Notes under the pieces: generated by a model | The model's database searches: none | What the model saw: only the letters and a program-made list of their open reading frames with translations | Told to the model about the DNA's origin: nothing | Shown here: positions 38,721 through 45,602 of the stretch, in pieces | Position numbering within the stretch: position 1 is the first letter of the stretch | Layout of the letters: every line of letters begins with the position of its first letter | Position numbers and translations under genes: made by a program | Assembly: GCA_035565435.1 (NCBI GenBank) | Contig: DATMSL010000032.1 | Span: forward strand, 1 to 54,149 | Length of the DNA: 54,149 nucleotides | Direction of reading: 5' to 3' | From: Dyadobacter sp. | GTDB lineage: Bacteria > Bacteroidota > Bacteroidia > Cytophagales > Spirosomataceae

Positions 38721-39308
38721 ATGGCTCGCCAGACTATCCGCGAGCTTGCAATGAGGCTAGGGCCGCGCAACGCTGGTAAAGCAATCGCAAGCGCCCTGAA
38801 CCGCGTATCTGCCATGGGTAAAACCAAGGCCTCGGCGCAGATACGTAGCCGTTACCGGATTAAAAAGCGCGACCTGGACAAGCGCATGGGTACGACAAAG
38901 GCCAGCTGGAAACACCAGAAAGCCAGTATATACTCCCATGGCGTGCCTATTCCGGTGCATTTGTTCAGGCCCCGCCAAACCAAGAAAGGCGTACGGGTTA
39001 CGATCTTGGGCAGATCCAACACCATACCGCACGCTTTCATGGCTACTATGCGCAGCGGCCACACCGGCGTATTTGCCCGCGGGCATTACACAGCCAGCGG
39101 TTTCGAGTTCCGGCATAAGCGCAAGCGAGACCAGATGAACCGCACCCGCAAGAACGACCTTCCGATCACGCAGCTGACCACCATTTCGCAAGGCCCGATG
39201 TTCTCCCACCCGACCGTTATACAGCCGGTTATCAGCAAAGTTGAGGATATGTTGGGTATTCGTATAGAGCATGAGCTGAATGCCATTCTGGCGGGTTACC
39301 GTGTTTGA
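38721..39308 (+). CDS. Tail completion protein (lambda gpZ-like)
   Basis: Highly basic; AIASALNR...IRSRYRIKK, IPHAFMATMRSGHTGVFAR and LPI motifs. Confidence 0.8.
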   Translation: MARQTIRELAMRLGPRNAGKAIASALNRVSAMGKTKASAQIRSRYRIKKRDLDKRMGTTKASWKHQKASIYSHGVPIPVHLFRPRQTKKGVRVTILGRSNTIPHAFMATMRSGHTGVFARGHYTASGFEFRHKRKRDQMNRTRKNDLPITQLTTISQGPMFSHPTVIQPVISKVEDMLGIRIEHELNAILAGYRV

Positions 39309-39350
39309 AAACTTTCGATGAAAAATAAAGGCCGAGGGGTCTTTTCTAAT

Positions 39351-39656
39351 TTAGCCAGCAGGTAGCCCTACCTTGCGCCAGAAGTTTCTCAGGAAAATAT
39401 ACAGCTTGTACTGGTGCCATTTTGAGAAAACAAAGGGCCAAAAACCTGTTACTTTGTGGCACTCGATTACTACAAATTTCCAGTCAATTTCATAGGTATA
39501 TACCACACCATTTTCCAGTTGAGTAATCGATAAGTGCCTCTGGCCTGTGGTTAAAACCCACGGATTCCAGTACTTATAAAATTCCTGCCAGTTGTCGTAC
39601 ATCTTTGGCAGCGCATTTGTCAGCGTAGTTGTGGGCGAAATTGGTTTTAAATTCAT
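39351..39656 (-). CDS. Hypothetical protein
   Basis: Last ORF of the leftward operon. Confidence 0.55.
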   Translation of the reverse strand: MNLKPISPTTTLTNALPKMYDNWQEFYKYWNPWVLTTGQRHLSITQLENGVVYTYEIDWKFVVIECHKVTGFWPFVFSKWHQYKLYIFLRNFWRKVGLPAG

Positions 39657-39774
39657 GATTATTTTTGTTTTGATGGTTTCTTACAAGGCCCGGAAATTCC
39701 CGCCGAGCCTCCGATTTTTTCAGGTTTTTCACGGCCGCGAGCAGCCGGCAAAAGTTAGAGCGATTTCACTTAAA

Positions 39775-39954
39775 TTACCGTTGCAGTCTAGGGTATTGCC
39801 CTACCCATTTGATAGAGTAATGGTATAGCCGGGTACGGTAGATACGGTAGAGAAACTGGTAATGAAGCGGCACACCCTGCGATAATCTAGCGTACAGGAC
39901 GCGCAAGTCTTTTCGGCGGGTGAATGCACGCACCTTTTTAAGATCGTGTCTCAT
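39775..39954 (-). CDS. Hypothetical basic protein (59 aa)
   Basis: MRHDLKKVRAFTRR...; below the ORF-track cutoff. Confidence 0.4.
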   Translation of the reverse strand: MRHDLKKVRAFTRRKDLRVLYARLSQGVPLHYQFLYRIYRTRLYHYSIKWVGQYPRLQR

Positions 39955-40051
39955 AGGGCAAATTTGGGGCTAAGTTTGAAAGGTTGTTAAGACAATGAAA
40001 TTCGGGCGCGGGTTCGCGCATAGTTGTTAAGACAAGTATTACCAGGCAGGG

Positions 40052-40309
40052 CTATAACCTGAAAATCCGATAGTACCAAAAAGCCGAAGGAGGGAATAAA
40101 CGGGTTTTCACGAATAGTTTTCGCCAACGAACGCCGATCGTCCCGTACTTCGTAATTTGCAGCTGAAAGAACTTATAGGCATTTGAAGCATTACATACCT
40201 TACAAGTGCGCCCTAGCAGACTTTTAACCCGTACAGGTTTGAAGTAAAAAGTTTGACGTAAGCGAAAAGCCCTGCGATAATCGCAAGGCTTGCAAAGCTG
40301 GTTTTTCAT
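40052..40309 (-). CDS. Basic protein with two CxxC pairs
   Basis: CKPC...CKVC. Confidence 0.55.
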   Translation of the reverse strand: MKNQLCKPCDYRRAFRLRQTFYFKPVRVKSLLGRTCKVCNASNAYKFFQLQITKYGTIGVRWRKLFVKTRLFPPSAFWYYRIFRL

Positions 40310-40312
40310 AGT

Positions 40313-40405
40313 TTAAGAGGTTAGAAGTAAATACAGACCGTACCACATAGCCGAACCTAGTCCGACCGTTATCAGTAGCATTTTGGCGAATGATTTGAGA
40401 GGCAT
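40313..40405 (-). CDS. 30-aa membrane peptide
   Basis: MPLKSFAKMLLITVGLGSAMWYGLYLLLTS exactly fills the gap between neighbours. Confidence 0.5.
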   Translation of the reverse strand: MPLKSFAKMLLITVGLGSAMWYGLYLLLTS

Positions 40406-40407
40406 AA

Positions 40408-40629
40408 TCAATGAATTATGGATGAAACGGATTTCCCTAAATAGAACACTGCCAAAGGTTCGGTAAACTTCGCTAAATAAGTATTGTGACCTTTTTCGTG
40501 TTTATCACTGAGCAACTCAATTTCAATAAGCAAGTCGCATTCTTCAGTAAATACTTCTACCAGTTCGCGCATAAAATTGTGAGGTTCGTAAGTATCGCTA
40601 ATTTGGAATTTAAATTCGAGCATAAGCAT
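40408..40629 (-). CDS. Hypothetical protein
   Basis: Tightly packed ORF. Confidence 0.6.
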   Translation of the reverse strand: MLMLEFKFQISDTYEPHNFMRELVEVFTEECDLLIEIELLSDKHEKGHNTYLAKFTEPLAVFYLGKSVSSIIH

Positions 40630-40812
40630 TTAGTTTTGAATAGGTGAACAATCAGTCCAATCAGCAAAGAAAGTCTCAGTAGAGCTATAATAAAGCGTTG
40701 CGCCTTTGCCGTCCAATGCGACTACGGTGCAACCTTGTACAATCAGGTCGTACCAAAAGCCTACCGCGTAACCGAGACGCGGCAAGCCTTTGAATTTAGC
40801 GGTTATGGTCAT
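40630..40812 (-). CDS. Hypothetical protein
   Basis: Tightly packed ORF. Confidence 0.6.
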   Translation of the reverse strand: MTITAKFKGLPRLGYAVGFWYDLIVQGCTVVALDGKGATLYYSSTETFFADWTDCSPIQN

Positions 40813-40997
40813 ATCCCTAATATTTTATAATACAGTTCAATAAGTTCGCCGGATTTCATTTTACCTAGTTCTGCATTTATTTTCTCAATCATTTTCGCCT
40901 TTGATTCCTCCTCTGCTTTTTCAGGGTCGTATTTAGGTATATCACGCCTCCAAGCGTTGAATAGGTTATAATCGTCGGCAGTATGCTTAGTTTTCAT
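40809..40997 (-). CDS. Hypothetical protein
   Basis: Tightly packed ORF. Confidence 0.6.
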   Translation of the reverse strand: MKTKHTADDYNLFNAWRRDIPKYDPEKAEEESKAKMIEKINAELGKMKSGELIELYYKILGI

Positions 40998-41256
40998 TGT
41001 AATTCGGGATTTTAAACAGTTCTAAGGATTGTACGGGTAAATTATCAGGCGCGAACATATTGCACGCCCAACGTCCGGGATCAGGCCACCAGTCAAATGC
41101 GTAATAGTAGCGCATCCAACGACCGGCAGACGTAAGCGGATCAGCAGGGAATGCAACGGCTAACACTATGTTTAAAGCAGCTACGGAATGCTTTGCAGGG
41201 TCGTAAGCTAAAACGACCCTACGGGCTGCGAGATCGGCGATAGTGTAGGTTTTCAC
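40987..41256 (-). CDS. Hypothetical protein
   Basis: Tightly packed ORF. Confidence 0.6.
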   Translation of the reverse strand: MKTYTIADLAARRVVLAYDPAKHSVAALNIVLAVAFPADPLTSAGRWMRYYYAFDWWPDPGRWACNMFAPDNLPVQSLELFKIPNYNEN

Positions 41257-41471
41257 TTTCTTTTGAGGTCATTTAGAATATTACGCACGTCCTTTAACGA
41301 CAAATATAAATTCCAGTTAACCCAATTATTACGGTCTTTTGAAACCCATCTTTCCCAGCAAACAAATGACTCTTTGCGGTTGATTTGGATTTTTACAAAT
41401 AGCTTTTCTTTACTGTCAAACAGGCTCAAAGGCTTGCGATTGCGTAAGGTTGTTAATTGTTCAGTACTCAT
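41253..41471 (-). CDS. Hypothetical protein
   Basis: Start MSTEQL preceded by the AACCACGCAA motif. Confidence 0.65.
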   Translation of the reverse strand: MSTEQLTTLRNRKPLSLFDSKEKLFVKIQINRKESFVCWERWVSKDRNNWVNWNLYLSLKDVRNILNDLKRK

Positions 41472-41487
41472 TTTACTTGCGTGGTTT

Positions 41488-41544
41488 GGTGAACCTCCCA
41501 ACCTTTGCAGATCGGGAACGCACGGTTTTTACGCCTTAATCACC
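41488..41544 (-). ncRNA. Pistol-ribozyme-like structured RNA, copy 1
   Basis: GGUGA-UUAAG-GCGUAAAAACCGU-GCGU-[UCCCGAUCU GCAA AGGUUGGGA]-GGU-UCACC; G-U pairs and a GNRA loop indicate the minus strand. Confidence 0.6.
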
Positions 41545-42045
41545 CTAGCATGTTTCTATTGCTTCCCAATCGATTTTAACCCAAACAGGGTATAGATAAA
41601 TATCCCCTTCGTGTTCGTATACCAACATGTAATCGTGGTATTCCTGCATGTTAGGTATATGGCCTAATCGCCACGTACGACCATATCTCGTTACACGTAC
41701 ACGCAAAGCGTCCATTTCGCCCCATGTTTCTACGTATTCTTCGTGTTCATATCCAGCGGAAAGAATATCAAAACTTTCGCGCGTCATATTGTCGAAATTT
41801 TCAAAGCCAATAGCTTGCACAAAAACTTGTGCAGCATGGATACCGGTAGGCGAACTTACTACTAAATGTGCGACGTCTACGAATTGTTCCAAGGGCTCAG
41901 GATTGTACCGAGCGTGCAGTTTGCGACCTGTTGTAATTAGTTTTTGCGCTTTTTCTTCGGTTATTTGGTAGTATTCAGCGAAACGTGCTGCTGTTAAGAA
42001 GTTATTAACGTAGTCGAGGTACAGAGAGTGAATTTTTTCGAACAT
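41545..42045 (-). CDS. Hypothetical protein
   Basis: 166 aa; YLDYVNNFLT..RFAEYY N-terminus. Confidence 0.7.
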   Translation of the reverse strand: MFEKIHSLYLDYVNNFLTAARFAEYYQITEEKAQKLITTGRKLHARYNPEPLEQFVDVAHLVVSSPTGIHAAQVFVQAIGFENFDNMTRESFDILSAGYEHEEYVETWGEMDALRVRVTRYGRTWRLGHIPNMQEYHDYMLVYEHEGDIYLYPVWVKIDWEAIETC

Positions 42046-42086
42046 GATTTCTAATATTTTAAAGGTTTGAATATCTGATTTAGTTT

Positions 42087-42185
42087 GTGGTGGATATCAA
42101 AAGTTCGGGCAGGCAATCGGTAATAAGCCACCACGCAATAACCCGATTTTGTTTTACGGTTTAAGATAAAACAGCCTGCCCGAAC
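42087..42185 (-). ncRNA. Three-way-junction structured RNA with potential pseudoknot
   Basis: Perfect 12-, 7- and 6-bp nested stems; loop GUGGUGG complementary to a downstream CCACCAC; strand inferred from the operon. Confidence 0.55.
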
Positions 42186-42191
42186 ACTTGT

Positions 42192-42476
42192 CTACGTATT
42201 TTTAATTTCCTGAATAGCTTTAATTAGCTGATCCGTATTGTAGGACTGGAATACAATCCCGCCGCCGTATTGTTTGTTGTGGAATTTCTTGCCTCCAATT
42301 TTCTTTGCTTTGTTAAGGGCTATTTCGTATTCGTAGTCGACGAAAAAACGAATTCTACCAGGCAGTTTAGCCATTTCCCGGGCCGCTGTCTCATCTTTCG
42401 CGTTAAGTAGTTCGGAATAGGCAACCACATAGCGAGGGTTACCGTTTGTGTCGTTATTAATTCTTGTGAGTTCCAT
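42192..42476 (-). CDS. Conserved phage hypothetical protein
   Basis: RINNDTNGNPRYVV...GGKKFHNKQYGGGIVFQSYN. Confidence 0.75.
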   Translation of the reverse strand: MELTRINNDTNGNPRYVVAYSELLNAKDETAAREMAKLPGRIRFFVDYEYEIALNKAKKIGGKKFHNKQYGGGIVFQSYNTDQLIKAIQEIKNT

Positions 42477-42498
42477 TGTCTTGCGTGGTTATTTGTTT

Positions 42499-42555
42499 GA
42501 CATACCTAGCGAGTTTTCAGGCTCGCTAACGCACGGATTCTACGCCTTAAATGTC
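42499..42555 (-). ncRNA. Pistol-ribozyme-like structured RNA, copy 2
   Basis: GACAU-UUAAG-GCGUAGAAUCCGU-GCGU-[UAGCGAG CCUGAAAA CUCGCUA]-GGU-AUGUC; stems covary with copy 1. Confidence 0.6.
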
Positions 42556-42837
42556 CTTTTGCACTCTGCGAACTGGAATGGTTTTGCCGTCTATTTTGAT
42601 CGTCATTTTATTGAGGTTGCGAACTACGAGCACTTTGTAAACCCGGTTTTTATACTCGACCTCGTAAGTATCGACGTGCTTTTCTAGCTCTACCTGAATA
42701 ACTTTACTGTTGGGTATGTGGATGAATAAATCTATCCCGTCTGTGTGAGCACTTTTAAAGGGGCTTGATTTTTGAGCGAATGCGATCGAGCCGCAAATTG
42801 TGGAGAGGGAGAGTACTAAGCAGATTATAGTTTTCAT
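42547..42837 (-). CDS. Exported small protein (signal peptide)
   Basis: MKTIICLVLSLSTICGSIAFAQ. Confidence 0.65.
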   Translation of the reverse strand: MKTIICLVLSLSTICGSIAFAQKSSPFKSAHTDGIDLFIHIPNSKVIQVELEKHVDTYEVEYKNRVYKVLVVRNLNKMTIKIDGKTIPVRRVQKDI

Positions 42838-42865
42838 AAGATTTTGATGGTTAGAAAGTGGTTTA

Positions 42866-43063
42866 TTATTTACGTCTTTTTAGTAATTGGCAAATCATAT
42901 CGTCTATTTGATCTGTGCCTACCGCTAGTCCCATGCTTGCAGCCGTTTTAGATGTGTCGTCTATGATTTTCAGCTCTTCCTTCGTGAGCGGGTACACATC
43001 TGCGCTTGCACCTTGCGTAATGTCTGCGAATCGTTCCTGAATGAGTTTATTTAATGCGTTCAT
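42866..43063 (-). CDS. Hypothetical protein
   Basis: Start preceded by AACCACGCAA. Confidence 0.65.
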   Translation of the reverse strand: MNALNKLIQERFADITQGASADVYPLTKEELKIIDDTSKTAASMGLAVGTDQIDDMICQLLKRRK

Positions 43064-43077
43064 GTTGTTTGCGTGGT

Positions 43078-43272
43078 TTAGAAAGTGAAGGATATTACCG
43101 AGACGTTTTTAAATTCTGGCACGGTGAGGTCTTGCCATAAACCGCCATACAAACGGTAGCGAGTTGGACGCTGATAAACCTCAATAGATTGACCAGGTTT
43201 AATGCGTTGCACTTCGGTAGTAGCGAGTTTCACATCTACTATTAATTGCGTGTTATTGATTAGCGTTTTCAT
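43078..43272 (-). CDS. Hypothetical protein
   Basis: Start preceded by AACCACGCAC. Confidence 0.65.
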   Translation of the reverse strand: MKTLINNTQLIVDVKLATTEVQRIKPGQSIEVYQRPTRYRLYGGLWQDLTVPEFKNVSVISFTF

Positions 43273-43295
43273 TGTCGTGCGTGGTTTATCGTGAG

Positions 43296-43676
43296 TTAAA
43301 ATTGTCCGTTGTCGCCGGCAATTATGGAAAGTCTGTTTCCATCTACTCTCACGTTTATTTCTTCTTTGGTGTAGAATAATTCGGCTTGCGTTTGATTGTC
43401 TAAGTCGGTTTCAACTATCCGGCCGCCCATCCAAATTTCAAAGGTTTCAGGAGCGATTTCGAATACACTAAACTCTACTACGTTGTGTGTTTCTATGCAG
43501 GCATGCGACGTATCAGTGTAGTGTACGGGCTCTTCTACTATTTCCACTTGCTCTTTGTCGCCTTTAAGGCTATCAACTATTTCAGAGTACCAGGGAAGCA
43601 CGGTAAACCCTAATACGAGCGCAGTAGTAATAAAGTAAGCACTCAATTTACGGTCTGTGTTTGGTTGCGTTGTCAT
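43296..43676 (-). CDS. Single-TM acidic membrane protein, first gene of the leftward operon
   Basis: Start MTTQPNT preceded by AACCACGCAA and a promoter. Confidence 0.65.
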   Translation of the reverse strand: MTTQPNTDRKLSAYFITTALVLGFTVLPWYSEIVDSLKGDKEQVEIVEEPVHYTDTSHACIETHNVVEFSVFEIAPETFEIWMGGRIVETDLDNQTQAELFYTKEEINVRVDGNRLSIIAGDNGQF

Positions 43677-43709
43677 TGTCTTGCGTGGTTTATTGTGATT
43701 TGATGTTGA

Positions 43710-43741
43710 CAAAGGTATTGTTGCCGTCAATAATACGCAAG
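43710..43741 (-). promoter_or_regulatory. Bacteroidota sigma70-type promoter for the leftward operon
   Basis: CTTG-N20-TACCTTTG on the minus strand; the spacer contains TGACGGCAA. Confidence 0.7.
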
Positions 43742-43893
43742 CATTTGAGCAATTAATTTTTGCCGTCAACAATTATTCTTTATTAAGTGCAATACTTTCT
43801 TACATAAACACACATTCAACTGCGCTTGTCTAGGTATAGTACAATGCTTTCTATGAATATTTAATTGTCACAACAATAATTGTCATGGCAACT

Positions 43894-43945
43894 GGGTCCT
43901 TCCGGAGGGCGCTACGGGCCTCGCGGGTGGCAGCACCCCGGAAAA
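43894..43945 (+). other. Lambda-like cos site (cosQ plus cosN)
   Basis: GGGTCCT (identical to lambda cosQ) at 43894-43900; dyad GGGTG-GCAG-CACCC at 43925-43938; upstream of lambda-type terminase genes. Confidence 0.75.
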
Positions 43946-44279
43946 GCACGATAGATAAAATTTTGTCGGTAGTTAATTTTCTCGCAGGCACTTGCATAAG
44001 TAATTGATATTGTATGTATATTGCAGGACAGTAAATAAATCTTCAGCTGTAAACAAACCGACATAAAAATTACGCGATTTTAAAAATTAATCAAATGTGC
44101 ATAAAACTTGTTAAAAGTCAGCTAGTTAGAGGCACAATAAGTTAACTTTTGGAGCAAATTTAGCACAATAAAAATTCCATTTTGTGCTCGGAAAACGTAA
44201 TTTTCTTGTTGAAAAAGTTAACCCGTTTGAAGGGTCGGTAGTACCGATACAACCAGTATAAATATTGACGGCAATAATT

Positions 44280-44705
44280 ATGAAACCAGAACTTACGCCA
44301 GAATTAAAGGAAAGGTTTTTCGCCCAGTATTGGGACCAACGTATAGTAGGCGCGCACGGGTATAAAAATGAATACCTAAGCAAATGCCACCCAAGTTACG
44401 GGAAGTCTGATGATTTCTTTTTGAGACTTCGCCCTATGTCAAGTATTACTGATGAGGAGGTTAAAGAGGCCTTAGCAATGTGCGGGTACACGAGCAATAG
44501 ACAAACACGAAAAGCTGTCAGAGAGGAGCTGGTGAAAGGGTTCTCATGCATACAAGTGAATGAGGATAGTTCTATTGAGATTGACTTAGAGGCTTACGAC
44601 TATCTCAGGTCTTTGGGGTTTGCGCTGCCTTTTGCAGGCCGTACGGTGGACGAGCTATTGGAAGCAGGCTGGATTAAATTAACAGACAATGCCCAAGATA
44701 AATAA
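44280..44705 (+). CDS. Hypothetical protein
   Basis: KERFFAQYW...LRPMSSITDEE...DYLRSLGFALP; likely start MKPEL. Confidence 0.7.
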   Translation: MKPELTPELKERFFAQYWDQRIVGAHGYKNEYLSKCHPSYGKSDDFFLRLRPMSSITDEEVKEALAMCGYTSNRQTRKAVREELVKGFSCIQVNEDSSIEIDLEAYDYLRSLGFALPFAGRTVDELLEAGWIKLTDNAQDK

Positions 44706-45372
44706 AGAGGTCGTCACGGTGAAGGAGTTCGCCGCCCGGCTCGGAGTCAGCGCCCAGGCAGTTATGCGGTACATGAACAACGGCATAATCACAGAACGCT
44801 CGATAGCGTACATGAAGGAAGGCGGCAAGCCTAAGATAGTGGTAGAGTCCGCGCTGGAAGAGATCAAAAAGAACAAGGACCCTACCAAGTCCCGAGCTAC
44901 CCGTACAGGCAAGACAGTGGCAGGTCTCACAGCCCCTAAAATCCGCGGCACTCTTAAAGCCCCCAAGGTGAAAGAGGCCCAGGCTTTCGCAGAGCAGATC
45001 GTTAAGGCGAAAGGCGATTCTGTGTACGACAATGGCGGCGAGAAAATCACGGTAGACGGTATCGAGATTGATTTCTCCAAAGACCCGGCCAGCCTTATCG
45101 AGGCCAAGATACGTCAGGAGATTGCCAAGGCCAACGAGGCTGAGATCAAAGTAAAAGCATTGCGGGGTACGTATGTCGAGATATCCAAGCAAGACGCGCA
45201 GCTGGCCAACCTGGCCGTGAATCTGAAAAAAGATTTAGGTAACGTGGCCGACCGGCTTGCGGCCCCCGTGGCGGCCGAAACCAACGTCGCAGTTTGCCGT
45301 AACATGATACACGCCGAGCTGGAATCAATATTAGTTAAACACTCAGGACCAAGGAAAATATGGAGAACGTAG
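44689..45372 (+). CDS. Terminase small subunit (Nu1-like)
   Basis: N-terminal HTH (KEFAARLGVSAQAV); C-terminal EAKIR.E.AKA..AE.K...LRG.YV. Confidence 0.8.
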   Translation: MPKINKEVVTVKEFAARLGVSAQAVMRYMNNGIITERSIAYMKEGGKPKIVVESALEEIKKNKDPTKSRATRTGKTVAGLTAPKIRGTLKAPKVKEAQAFAEQIVKAKGDSVYDNGGEKITVDGIEIDFSKDPASLIEAKIRQEIAKANEAEIKVKALRGTYVEISKQDAQLANLAVNLKKDLGNVADRLAAPVAAETNVAVCRNMIHAELESILVKHSGPRKIWRT

Positions 45373-45602
45373 AAAAAGGCTTTACGAGATTTCACATCTA
45401 CTTAGCAGCTACCATAGGCCTCACATTGGGCGGCTTGTCGACAGTTTGGGATTCTGTGGAATGGGGCACCTTGACGCACAGCCGTGAATTTTGGTACGAA
45501 ACGTTCAAGCTATTAAGCCGTTTTGCTATCTGCGGATACGCTGTATGGGCGTCGATTCGCATAGAGCAGCTCAAAAAGAAGTTGAATGGGCGACAGAAAT
45601 AA
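45360..45602 (+). CDS. Small two-TM membrane protein between the terminase genes
   Basis: Two hydrophobic segments and a basic tail. Confidence 0.55.
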   Translation: MENVEKGFTRFHIYLAATIGLTLGGLSTVWDSVEWGTLTHSREFWYETFKLLSRFAICGYAVWASIRIEQLKKKLNGRQK

